A program made the position numbers and the translations under genes. Shown here in pieces: positions 28,392 to 39,332 of a stretch of 64,000 bases of DNA. Positions within the stretch are counted from its first letter, which is position 1. Every line of letters begins with the position of its first letter. The notes below the pieces were generated by a model, which saw only the letters and a program-made list of their open reading frames with translations, did not search any database and had not been told where the DNA came from. The stretch is from a candidate division WOR-3 bacterium (lineage in GTDB: Bacteria; Hydrothermota; Tepidihabitantia; Tepidihabitantales; Tepidihabitantaceae): NCBI GenBank assembly GCA_965649295.1, contig CBFGKH010000003.1, positions 64,001 to 128,000 of the forward strand. The letters run 5' to 3'.

Positions 28392-29702
28392 TCAGGCGAA
28401 ACGCCGGCCCTGGAACTTGCCGCCTTTGACCAACCCTTCATAATGGCGCATCACCAGATGGGCCTCGATCTGCTGAAGCGTATCGAGCGCGACGCCGACG
28501 ATAATCATCAACGTCGTGCCGCCAAAATAGAAGGGTACCCGGAACGCACTCATCAGATACCAAGGCATCAAGGCCATGATAACCAGTGTCAGTGCGCCCG
28601 GCAGGGTCAGTAGCGTCAAGCTGCGATCAATGAACTCGGCAGTCTTCTCACCGGGCCGAATACCGGGTATGAAGCCGCCATACCGCTGCATGTTGTCGGC
28701 AAGGTCACGGGGATTGAAGACAACCGAGGTGTAGAAGTAGGTAAAGAAGATTATCAACGCCGCATAGAGCAGGTTGTACAGCCAGCCGCCGGGATTGAGG
28801 ATATGAACCAAGGTCTGCAGCCAGGAGACCTTGATGAACGGCGCAAAGCTTGAGGGGAACACAACCAGACTCTGGGCGAAGATGATCGGAATCACGCCCG
28901 CAGTCCAAAGCCGCAGCGGAATGTGGGTTGACTGGCCGCCGTACATCCGCCGACCGACAAACCGCTTCGGATACTGCACCGGAATCTTGCGAATCGCCAT
29001 CGTCAACTGAACCACGACCGCATAGACTACAAAGATGAGGCCGGCCAAAAATAGCAGGGCCAGCCAGGAAATCTCACCAGCCCTGACCATGTTGAAGGTT
29101 CGGCCGACGTCACCGGGCATGCTGTCAAGACAACCAACAAGAATCAGGAACGAGATACCGTTGCCGATACCACGGTCGGTAATCTGCTCACCGAGCCACA
29201 TCGCCAAAATCGTCCCGGCAGTGAGCGTGATAATCGTCAGCATCCGGAAGAAGAAGCCGGCGCCGATGACAATCGGGCCATACTGGGTTGCCGGCTGATT
29301 CTCAAGATAGACAGCGATCGTTGCCGACTGGATGATGGCGAGCGCAACCGTGGCGTAGCGGGTGTACTGGTTTATCTTCTTGCGGCCTTCCTCATCACGC
29401 TGCAACCGCTCCAGCACCGGAAACACCGAACCGAGTAGCTGGAACACGATAGATGCCGAGATGTAGGGCATAATGCCCAGGGCGAAAACCGACGCCCGCG
29501 ACAGAGCACCGCCGACAAAGATATCGTAGAGTCCGAAAACCGTACCCCGCATCGTGCCGAGCAGATAGCCGAGTGCGGCCGCGTTGATACCCGGTACCGG
29601 GATGTGCGACCCCAGCCGATAGACCACCACCATCGCTAGGGTGAACAGGATCTTCCGGCGCAGGTCCGGAATCTTGAAGACGTTCGGGATGGAGCCGGTC
29701 AA
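28392..29702 (-). CDS. secY: Preprotein translocase SecY
   Basis: ALGIMPYISASI, GIGNGIS, GGFIPGIRPG, FGGTT. Confidence 0.98.
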   Translation of the reverse strand: MTGSIPNVFKIPDLRRKILFTLAMVVVYRLGSHIPVPGINAAALGYLLGTMRGTVFGLYDIFVGGALSRASVFALGIMPYISASIVFQLLGSVFPVLERLQRDEEGRKKINQYTRYATVALAIIQSATIAVYLENQPATQYGPIVIGAGFFFRMLTIITLTAGTILAMWLGEQITDRGIGNGISFLILVGCLDSMPGDVGRTFNMVRAGEISWLALLFLAGLIFVVYAVVVQLTMAIRKIPVQYPKRFVGRRMYGGQSTHIPLRLWTAGVIPIIFAQSLVVFPSSFAPFIKVSWLQTLVHILNPGGWLYNLLYAALIIFFTYFYTSVVFNPRDLADNMQRYGGFIPGIRPGEKTAEFIDRSLTLLTLPGALTLVIMALMPWYLMSAFRVPFYFGGTTLMIIVGVALDTLQQIEAHLVMRHYEGLVKGGKFQGRRFA

Positions 29703-30136
29703 GCGATAACCTCGGCTTTGCCGCCGGCCTTCTCAATCTTCTCTTTGGCGGTCTTGCTGAAGGCATGGGCGCTGACGGCGACGGCCCGTTTGAGCTCGCC
29801 ATCGCCCAGGACCTTCACTGGTCGGCCGCGCCGGACAAGGCCGCGTTCCCGCAGCAGCTCCACAGTCACGCTCTCGGCATCAAGCCGAGCCAGGTCGGCA
29901 ACATTGACCACCTCAAACTCGACCCGGTTCGGACTGGTGAATCCACGCTTGGGGATCCGGCGATAGAACGGCATCTGGCCGCCCTCAAACCGGGCATCGT
30001 GCCGCGGTGCCGAGTGCTGGCCAGCGCCCTTATGGCCCCGGCAAGAAGTCTTACCATGACCTGAGCCAACACCACAGCCGACCCGCTTACGCCGTTTCTT
30101 GGCCCCTGGTTCTGGCCGCAGTTCGCCCAGTCTCAC
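29699..30136 (-). CDS. rplO: 50S ribosomal protein L15
   Basis: GSGHGKTS.RGHKG, FEGGQMP. Confidence 0.97.
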   Translation of the reverse strand: MRLGELRPEPGAKKRRKRVGCGVGSGHGKTSCRGHKGAGQHSAPRHDARFEGGQMPFYRRIPKRGFTSPNRVEFEVVNVADLARLDAESVTVELLRERGLVRRGRPVKVLGDGELKRAVAVSAHAFSKTAKEKIEKAGGKAEVIA

Positions 30137-30312
30137 AGCTCCTCCACTTTGACAAGGTGCTTGACCTTGAAAATCATCCCCCGCGCGACCGGCCCATCAG
30201 CATGGATGCGGCTAGCACCAATCCGCCGCAGTCCAAGTGCCCGACAGGTGCGCTTGATGGGCTCTTTCTCGTCAATCAGACTTCTAACCAGCGTTACTTT
30301 CAACTGCTTCAT
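30133..30312 (-). CDS. rpmD: 50S ribosomal protein L30
   Basis: MKQLKVTLVRSLI...LGLRRI...GMIFKVKHLV. Confidence 0.93.
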   Translation of the reverse strand: MKQLKVTLVRSLIDEKEPIKRTCRALGLRRIGASRIHADGPVARGMIFKVKHLVKVEEL

Positions 30313-30835
30313 GCTTGTGCCGTCTCTCCACGTAGTGACTAATCGGCTTGTTGCGAGCCGCTGCCACCTCTTCGATTGTCCGGCAGTTGGCCAGGGCACG
30401 GATTGCTGCCCGTGCCGTGTTGTAGGCGTTGCGCGACCCCAGCGACTTGGACAGAGCGTCGGAAAGCCCGGCCGCTTCGAGTACCGCCCGCACCTGCGGG
30501 CAGGCAATCAGACCGGTTCCCGGTGCAGCCGGCTTCACCAGCACCCGACTGGCACCATACTTGCCACTCGTCTCGTGCGGAATCGTCCTACCCTTGATTG
30601 CCACCCGAATCATATCCTTGCGGGCGCGGGTCGTTGCCTTGCGCACCGCGGCGGCAACTTCAGCCGCCTTGCCGTGCCCAAGCCCAACCTGACCCCGACC
30701 GTCACCAACCACGACCGAGGCGGAGAGGCGCATCCGCTTGCCGCCCTTCATCACCTTTGAGACGCGCTTGATATTGATGACGCGCTCGATTAGTTCCTGC
30801 TCAGGCAGGCCGGTTGTAGCCTGTTCGTCCATCAA
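30284..30835 (-). CDS. rpsE: 30S ribosomal protein S5
   Basis: RVSKVMKGGK, VVGDG.G.VG.G.GKA, PAAPGTG. Confidence 0.97.
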   Translation of the reverse strand: MMDEQATTGLPEQELIERVINIKRVSKVMKGGKRMRLSASVVVGDGRGQVGLGHGKAAEVAAAVRKATTRARKDMIRVAIKGRTIPHETSGKYGASRVLVKPAAPGTGLIACPQVRAVLEAAGLSDALSKSLGSRNAYNTARAAIRALANCRTIEEVAAARNKPISHYVERRHKHEAVESNAG

Positions 30836-31179
30836 AACTGCAATCCTCCCTCACGGGCGCCGTCCGCCACTGCCTTCACGCGGCCGTGATAGCGGTAACC
30901 GGCCCGGTCAAATACTACCTTGCTCACCCCGAGCTCCTTGGCTTTAGCTGCCATCAGCTTGCCGACCTCGCGGGCGGCATCGGTTCGCTTCAGCTTCTTC
31001 TCCCTTATCTCCGACAAAAGCGAGGAGACGCCGGTCAGCACGCGGCCCTTGCTGTCGTCAACCAGCATCGCGTAGATGTAGTTGTTACTCCGCTTGACGC
31101 AGAGTCGCGGCCGTTCCGCAGTTCCGGAAATCCGGCGTCGGATACTAAGGTGCCGTCTGATACGCCTATCAATAGCCAT
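30832..31179 (-). CDS. rplR: 50S ribosomal protein L18
   Basis: GTAERPRL, VVFDRAGYRYHGRVKA. Confidence 0.97.
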   Translation of the reverse strand: MAIDRRIRRHLSIRRRISGTAERPRLCVKRSNNYIYAMLVDDSKGRVLTGVSSLLSEIREKKLKRTDAAREVGKLMAAKAKELGVSKVVFDRAGYRYHGRVKAVADGAREGGLQF

Positions 31180-31186
31180 TCCGTGA

Positions 31187-31214
31187 ATACTATTCAGCTG
31201 AGGCGCACTGTCAA
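31187..31214 (-). promoter_or_regulatory. Promoter of the rplR block, leaderless
   Basis: TTGACA-16-TAGTAT-7 nt-ATG. Confidence 0.7.
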
Positions 31215-31232
31215 GCTCAGAGCCACCGCTGG

Positions 31233-32180
31233 CTAGACCAGCGCATCGGCCAGGATCCGGAATATCATCTCGTCGTAGGAGATACCGGCCGCCTGCGCCT
31301 GCGCCGGCAGGTCCGAGATATCGGTGAGGCCGGGCAGGGTGTTCAACTCCAGCACATACGGCACCTTGCCGCCCTTGATGATGAAATCGGTGCGGGAGAA
31401 CCCGCGGCAGCCGAGCAGGCGGTGGGTGCGCATTGCCAGCTCTTTCACCTGCGCCTCTACCTTCACATCAAGTCGCGCCGGAATGACAAAATCGGTCTCG
31501 CCACGGGTGTACTTCGCCTCGTAGTCATAGAACCGCTGCCGCTTCGGAACCAGTTCGAGCACCGGCAAGACCTCGTCAATCAGGATACCGACCGTCGCAA
31601 TCATGCCGGGGATGAACTGTTCGAGCAGGACATCGCCGAACCCGCGCCGCACGCGCTCGCACCGGTCCGCTGCTCCCCGTCGCCCTTCCAGCAGCTCAAT
31701 CCCGACGCTTGAACCTTCGGCCCGCGGCTTGGCAATCATCGGGTAGCCGAACCGTTTCTCGGCCTCGGCCAAGCCGGGCAAGACCTCACTCCGCTGCGTG
31801 ATGACAACGTAGTCAGGAGTCGGAATCCCAACCCGCTCCATCAACATCTTGGTGATAACCTTGTCAATCGCACAGGCCGAGGCAGTGATGCCCGAACCGG
31901 TGTAGGGAATGCCCAGCAGGTCGAGATAGCCCTGAATCGAGCCGTCCTCGCCCGGCCGGCCGTGCAGGATGATGAACGCCAGGTCAATCTTGGCCTGCTT
32001 GATCTGGTCATTGAAGCTGCGCGTGATGTCAATCGCGGTGGCATGGAAGCCCTGGTCCTTGAGCGACTGCATCACCCGCTGCCCAGAGAGCAGCGATATT
32101 TCGCGCTCGCTCGACCAGCCGCCCATCAGCACACCAATCTTCCGCTTGCGCAGCCTGCGAACGATATCACTTCTGCTCAT
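31233..32180 (-). CDS. ddl: D-alanine--D-alanine ligase
   Basis: GGWSSEREIS, LHGRPGEDG, EGSSVG, YDYEAKY, ELNTLPG. Confidence 0.97.
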   Translation of the reverse strand: MSRSDIVRRLRKRKIGVLMGGWSSEREISLLSGQRVMQSLKDQGFHATAIDITRSFNDQIKQAKIDLAFIILHGRPGEDGSIQGYLDLLGIPYTGSGITASACAIDKVITKMLMERVGIPTPDYVVITQRSEVLPGLAEAEKRFGYPMIAKPRAEGSSVGIELLEGRRGAADRCERVRRGFGDVLLEQFIPGMIATVGILIDEVLPVLELVPKRQRFYDYEAKYTRGETDFVIPARLDVKVEAQVKELAMRTHRLLGCRGFSRTDFIIKGGKVPYVLELNTLPGLTDISDLPAQAQAAGISYDEMIFRILADALV

Positions 32181-32218
32181 CTAACACCTCGATTCCGGAT
32201 GCCAAATCCGTCCTCTGG

Positions 32219-32246
32219 ATTCGCCATTCGTCATTCGGAATTCGTC
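32219..32246. repeat. Heptamer tandem repeat (ATTCGNN)4
   Basis: attcgcc attcgtc attcgga attcgtc. Confidence 0.7.
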
Positions 32247-32248
32247 TC

Positions 32249-33646
32249 TCACCAAACGCCGGTCCGCAAATACTCATCAATCGAGTTAGCGGCAATCCGG
32301 CCTGCACCCATCGCCAGAATCACCGTGGCCGCACCGGTAACAATGTCGCCGCCGGCAAATACGCCGCGCTTGCTCGTGCGGCCGGTCTTCGGGTCAGCGA
32401 CAACATTGCCCCACTTGGCCACTTCCAGCCCCGGGGTTGTCTGCGGTATCAGCGGATTGGGGCTGTTACCGATTGCGACGACCACCGTGTCAACCGGAAT
32501 CCGGAACTCGCTCCCTTTCACCGGCACTGGCCGCCGCCGGCCGCTCGCGTCCGGTTCGCCCAGCTCCATCCGCAGACACTCCACCTCACGCACCCAGCCC
32601 TCGCTATCAGCGATGTATCGGACCGGATTGGTCAGCAGGTGGAACTCGATACCTTCCTCTTCGGCGTGGTGAATCTCTGCCTGCCGGGCCGGCATCTCGT
32701 CGCGGGACCGACGATAGATTATCATTGACTTCTCCGCGCCCAGTCGCAGCGCGGTCCGGGCAGCATCCATTGCCACATTGCCCCCGCCAATCGTCGCCAC
32801 CCGCTTGCCGCGCACAATCGGCGTGTCATACTTGGGAAACAGGTAAGCCTTCATCAGATTCGACCGGGTCAAATACTCATTGGCCGAATAGACCCCAAGG
32901 TAGTTCTCGCCCGGAATCCCCATAAAGGTCGGCAACCCGGCGCCAGTGCCAACAAAGACCGCATCAAACTCAGCCAGCAGCTCGTCCACGGTGCGCAGCT
33001 TGCCCACGACGTAGTTCAGATGAAGCGTCACACCCATCGAGCGAATGAAGTTCACCTCGCGCTCGACAATCGCCTTGGGCAACCGAAACTCCGGAATGCC
33101 ATAGACCAGCACACCACCCGGCTTGTGCAGTGCCTCGAAAACCGTGACCGAATGCCCGAGCTTTGCACAGTCGCTCGCTACTGTCAGCCCGGCCGGCCCA
33201 GCGCCCACCACCGCTACCTTCTTGCCGGTCGGCGGCTGCATTTGGCACATCACACATTCGCTCTGCTCAGCCTCCCAGTCAGCGATAAACCGTTCCAGAT
33301 TGCCAATCGCCACCGGCTCCATCTTCTTCGCCAGCACACACTCGCCCTCGCACTGAGTCTCCTGCGGACAGACCCGACCACAGATTGCCGGCAACGTGTT
33401 CTTCGCCTTCATTATTTTCATCGCTTCCCAGAAGTTGCCCAGCGCAATCTGGCCGATGAAGCCCGGGATATCAATGTTTACCGGACATCCCTGCACGCAG
33501 CCCGGCTTCTTGCACGCAAGACAGCGCTTCGCCTCCTCAACCGCCTCTTCCGGCGAATAGCCGTAGGGCACCTCGTCAAAATTGCGGGCCCGAACCTTCG
33601 GGTCCTGCTCGCGCATCGGCGTCTTCTTCGGGCTTGGCTTAGGCAT
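32249..33646 (-). CDS. nfnB: GltD-like NADPH-dependent oxidoreductase, large subunit of bifurcating transhydrogenase (NfnB/SudA)
   Basis: CLACKKPGC, CGRVCPQE.QCE, GAGPAG, GGGNVAMD; paired with nfnA. Confidence 0.9.
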   Translation of the reverse strand: MPKPSPKKTPMREQDPKVRARNFDEVPYGYSPEEAVEEAKRCLACKKPGCVQGCPVNIDIPGFIGQIALGNFWEAMKIMKAKNTLPAICGRVCPQETQCEGECVLAKKMEPVAIGNLERFIADWEAEQSECVMCQMQPPTGKKVAVVGAGPAGLTVASDCAKLGHSVTVFEALHKPGGVLVYGIPEFRLPKAIVEREVNFIRSMGVTLHLNYVVGKLRTVDELLAEFDAVFVGTGAGLPTFMGIPGENYLGVYSANEYLTRSNLMKAYLFPKYDTPIVRGKRVATIGGGNVAMDAARTALRLGAEKSMIIYRRSRDEMPARQAEIHHAEEEGIEFHLLTNPVRYIADSEGWVREVECLRMELGEPDASGRRRPVPVKGSEFRIPVDTVVVAIGNSPNPLIPQTTPGLEVAKWGNVVADPKTGRTSKRGVFAGGDIVTGAATVILAMGAGRIAANSIDEYLRTGVW

Positions 33647-34508
33647 TTCGGCACTCCTTGTGCGCACCGCAGCAACCTGCAGCTCGCTGAGCCTCGAACT
33701 GCTCCAGCGACAGCTTCTCCTCGGGCAAGTAAGTGCGGAGCCGGGCCATCAGCAGGTCAAAATCAACCTTGTGCCCGTCAAACTCTGGGCCGTCAACGCA
33801 GGCGAACTTCGTCTCACCACCGACATCAACCCGGCAGACACCACACATCCCGGTCGCGTCGAGCATGATTGGGTTGAGACTCACTGTTGTCGGAATACCG
33901 TATGGCCCGGTCAGCTTCGAGACCATCTTCATCATGATTACCGGGCCAACCGCAAAGAGATGACCAATCTTCTCTCCGCGGTCAATCACGGCCTTGAGCA
34001 TATCGGTCACAAACCCCTTCTGACCATACGAGCCATCGTCGGTACAAACAATCAGCTCGGTAGAAGCCGACCGCATCTCTTCTTCCATCAACACCAGCTC
34101 TTTTGAGCGAAAACCGATGATGGAAATGACCTTGTTACCGGCCGCCTTCAGGGCCTTGGCAACCGGATAGACCTCGGGTGTGCCCACGCCGCCGCCAACA
34201 CAGACCACAGTCCCGTAGTTCTCGATATGGGTTGGCTGACCGAGCGGACCAATCAGGTCTAGGATGGTGTCACCAACCTCGAGCGTGCCCAGCAGCTTTG
34301 TTGACTTCCCCACCTCTTGGAACACGATAACCAGAATCCCCTTATCCGGATCGGTGTCAGCCACGGTCAACGGAATCCGCTCACCCTCCTCGTTCACCCG
34401 TAGAACAACAAACTGCCCGGGTCGGGCCTTGCGGGCGATTTCCGGCGCGTCGAGGTCAAAACGTTTGATAACCGGCGACAGCACCTGCTTGGCGAGAATC
34501 CTGGTCGT
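33639..34508 (-). CDS. nfnA: PyrK-like FAD/NAD/2Fe-2S subunit (NfnA/SudB); probable ACG start
   Basis: PGQFV, GERIPLT, GGGVG, DATGMCGVCR, CVDGPEF; first canonical start is GTG 34484. Confidence 0.9.
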   Translation of the reverse strand, partial: TTRILAKQVLSPVIKRFDLDAPEIARKARPGQFVVLRVNEEGERIPLTVADTDPDKGILVIVFQEVGKSTKLLGTLEVGDTILDLIGPLGQPTHIENYGTVVCVGGGVGTPEVYPVAKALKAAGNKVISIIGFRSKELVLMEEEMRSASTELIVCTDDGSYGQKGFVTDMLKAVIDRGEKIGHLFAVGPVIMMKMVSKLTGPYGIPTTVSLNPIMLDATGMCGVCRVDVGGETKFACVDGPEFDGHKVDFDLLMARLRTYLPEEKLSLEQFEAQRAAGCCGAHKECRNA

Positions 34509-34816
34509 AAGGCCTCCTTATGGATGATGTTGTCCAGATTGAGCAGCCGGACTACCTGCAAGGACCCGGCAGCGAACTCGGGCCCCGAGATTGGTCTGAA
34601 CCGGCTCCAACTGCCGTTCGCAACAGCCATAAGCATATAGACAAATCAGAATTAGTCAAGGGACTGAAAAACGATACCAAGCTCCCTGCCTGCCAAGGGG
34701 TTACAGCCGTTTCCCGCAAACGACCGAGCTACTACCCTAACACGCTAACCGATTGACAACAGAGAGAATAGCAAGGCCCGCCCCTAACCCAAACCACCCT
34801 GGCCGGCTTCACATTA

Positions 34817-35134
34817 TTGGCTCTCCAGCTCACCAGCCAGAACCCGAGCAAGGCCTATTCGAGGGAGTGGCAGGAACAGACCGCCAGACCACTTGGGCAA
34901 GCCTGTGCCCAAGGCCAAGGCAGGCCCATCTCCAGACCGCAGGCCAAACAGCCCGAGCAAGAGCCGCCCATACACAATAGCAAACAGCCTTCCCAGCTCT
35001 GGTCAGAAGAGCTGCCCGGACATTCTGCCCAACCCCGCCACCAGCTTATCCATCAGTAGTCCGACCCGCACCTTACCAGACAGCCTCACCAAGGGTTCAG
35101 GGAACCACTCCCGGGACAGTCCCCGGGGTGGGGT
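34817..35134 (-). repeat. 12-nt-phased degenerate array B with 33-bp anchor (35102-35134)
   Basis: 26 consecutive 12-mers on the minus strand from 35128; all start with a pyrimidine, 24 with two. Confidence 0.8.
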
Positions 35135-35201
35135 ATACAGAAACGCACTACACACCTAACTGGCTGTCATGCAGAGACTTGCACCAAGAGCCGGGCGCAG
35201 G

Positions 35202-35229
35202 TCTCTGTGAACTTCAAAGTACACAGAGA
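35202..35229. promoter_or_regulatory. Imperfect palindrome TCTCTGTGAACTT-CA-AAGTACACAGAGA
   Basis: 12 of 13 arm pairs; homologous to 5097-5116. Confidence 0.75.
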
Positions 35230-35249
35230 GCACGGGCGTATCCTTGGCT

Positions 35250-35362
35250 AACTCGTATCCACCATTAGGCCCTTCTCCATTCAGGCTGAACAAATTCCGA
35301 CCGGCTGGCACCGGCACTCCAACGGAACTCGTATCCACCATTAGGCCCTTCTCCATTCAGGC
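35250..35362. repeat. Two identical 37-bp direct repeats separated by 39 bp
   Basis: AACTCGTATCCACCATTAGGCCCTTCTCCATTCAGGC at 35250-35286 and 35326-35362. Confidence 0.9.
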
Positions 35363-35457
35363 CCTGGCTCGGATTCTAACCAACCAAACCCTACAGACGA
35401 CATCCGTAAGGCAAGAAGCCACCATGACTGACAATTAGATGCAAACACCGTTTTCCC

Positions 35458-35824
35458 GTCATTCCGAACGAGCAGAGCGAGTGAGGAATCGCCGGACAAC
35501 GAACAACGAAGACCCTCGACTGCGCTCGGGGTGACGTGCGGGTTCTTCGCTCGGTTCAGGGTGACGTGATAGGGTCTTCTCTCCGCTCGGGATGGTATGA
35601 AATGCAAGGTAACACGAGAAGGCTTTGCCACGTTCGGTTGACTGGTGACCCGCCGGACACCCAGATTCGTCTCCTCCCTGTCATTCCGAGCGCAGGTCGC
35701 AAGGCCGGAGTCGAGGAATCGTCGGCAATAAGGGACAAAGACCCCTCGACTATGCTCGGGGTGACTTGATGGGTCTTCGCTCCGCTCGGCATGACATGAA
35801 GGCGGCTTTGTCACGCTCAGGGTG
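35458..35824. repeat. Cluster of REP-like palindromic elements
   Basis: Two GTCATTCCG...GAGGAATC...ACCCTCGACT..GCTCGGGGTGAC units plus extra right-arm copies. Confidence 0.8.
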
Positions 35825-35874
35825 GTATAGCCGTAGCATACCTTGCCCGGCCATCATCGTATCGTTCCGACTCC

Positions 35875-35902
35875 TTGACCGGCCCACCGACCCATCTAGA
35901 AT
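35875..35902 (+). promoter_or_regulatory. uvrB promoter, leaderless
   Basis: TTGACC-16-TAGAAT-6 nt-GTG. Confidence 0.65.
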
Positions 35903-35908
35903 CGAACT

Positions 35909-37942
<2,034 letters not shown>

Positions 37943-37961
37943 ACTGCGGTTCTCGGCGACG

Positions 37962-39050
37962 TTAGCGACCAAGAAGATTCAGTAACAGGCTCTGCAGCGG
38001 GCTCGGCACTGAAAATGCGTGCTCGGGGCAAAGCTCGGCGCAGCAGTAGCAAGATATGCACTTGCGCCGGTCAATCTGAGGATACGGACTCATCGCAATT
38101 GCCTCAGCCGGACAGCTCTCTGCACAGCGCTGACAGCGGATACATCTTGACTTGGCAAGCACCGGTGGGTGACGTCCCAGCCGCGAATAGATTGCTCCAA
38201 AGATTGGGCTGGCCAGTCCGGCAATCCGCTGCGATGGTAAGCGGAATCCGACAATCGGCGCGAACTCACCGACTATTCTGATTTCCTCTGGTCGCACCGG
38301 CCCCAGCCTGCGTTCGCCGGCGATGCGCAACATCGGCACATCAGTCGGCTGCGCTCCAGCCATCAGCGCCATCACGGTGTCGAGCGCAACCGGACTAGTG
38401 CTGGCGAGCAGCTTGCCAATGGCCAGCACCCGGCCGCCACTGGGCCCGTTCTGCCCATCCATTCCCCGCAGAGCGTCCATAATGTTCAGCACCGGCACTG
38501 GCACCGCCGCGTAGATATCAACCAGCAGCTCGGCAAAATCGAGCGGATTCGAGCAGACGCGATGCAGATAGGACTTGTGCCCGCCTGGTATCAGCCCGAA
38601 CAGATTTTTGACCGCGCCAGTGAGCATAGTCAGGGCATGAGTCTTGAACACGGGCAGGTTGAGAATGACGTCGGATTCAGTTATCAGGTGTGACACTGGC
38701 ACATCACTGACAAACCGCGACCTGATGGCAAGCCTCTCGGGTCGAGCTGTGCTGGTTCGGAAGGTGCCCTCGCTCGCTTCGATTACTCCGGTTCGGCCAA
38801 GATAGGTCTCAACATTCCTGGTCAGCGAGCCGCCCGGGTTGTCATGGACAAAAGGAACTGCGCCGCGTGCGCGCAGGCCGCGGACCACTACCCGGATTAG
38901 TTCGGGATCGGTAGTAACACCGGCTTCTGGCGGGTAAGGACCGAGCAGGTTCGGCTTGACCCAGACGCGTTTGGCACGGAAGTCGAATTGAAGAAAGTCG
39001 AGCGCTTCGTCAACCGCTGCCGGCAGCGCTGTAACGCGCCGCACCAGCAC
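37962..39050 (-). CDS. DUF362 domain protein with 4Fe-4S dicluster
   Basis: VKPNLL, LPVFKTH, GAVKNLFG; two C-terminal CxxCxxCxxxCP motifs. Confidence 0.9.
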   Translation of the reverse strand: MLVRRVTALPAAVDEALDFLQFDFRAKRVWVKPNLLGPYPPEAGVTTDPELIRVVVRGLRARGAVPFVHDNPGGSLTRNVETYLGRTGVIEASEGTFRTSTARPERLAIRSRFVSDVPVSHLITESDVILNLPVFKTHALTMLTGAVKNLFGLIPGGHKSYLHRVCSNPLDFAELLVDIYAAVPVPVLNIMDALRGMDGQNGPSGGRVLAIGKLLASTSPVALDTVMALMAGAQPTDVPMLRIAGERRLGPVRPEEIRIVGEFAPIVGFRLPSQRIAGLASPIFGAIYSRLGRHPPVLAKSRCIRCQRCAESCPAEAIAMSPYPQIDRRKCISCYCCAELCPEHAFSVPSPLQSLLLNLLGR

Positions 39051-39131
39051 CGTCTCGGGCTGAACCGAACCGGCCTGGCCCGAACCGCTGGCAGAGAGAG
39101 GAGTGACGGTCAGAAGAAGACTGCGACCGGT

Positions 39132-39320
39132 CTAGAGCTTTCCGGGCAAGATATAGAGAATGTTGCTCGGCGAAATATCGGCGTTCGACATTGCCGACTT
39201 CTCTTCCGGCACGCCCGGTACATCGCTGAACTTAACATCTACCGCTCGAATCATCCCTTCTTTCAGCGTATAGGCAGTGCAAGTAACAGTACCGCCAGAC
39301 TTGAGGAAAATCACCGGCAT
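39132..39320 (-). CDS. Small hypothetical protein (62 aa)
   Basis: Strong AGGAGGTG RBS; in operon behind the acyl-CoA dehydrogenase. Confidence 0.65.
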   Translation of the reverse strand: MPVIFLKSGGTVTCTAYTLKEGMIRAVDVKFSDVPGVPEEKSAMSNADISPSNILYILPGKL

Positions 39321-39332
39321 CTAGCTCACCTC

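Noticed and set aside
35250..35362. Calling this a bona fide CRISPR array
   Set aside because: Only two repeats, no typical repeat ends, no cas genes in the window; kept as a repeat and a finding.
35341..35814. 157-aa ORF with repeated CHAERSE/HPEHSRG peptides
   Set aside because: It is a translation of the REP-like repeats.
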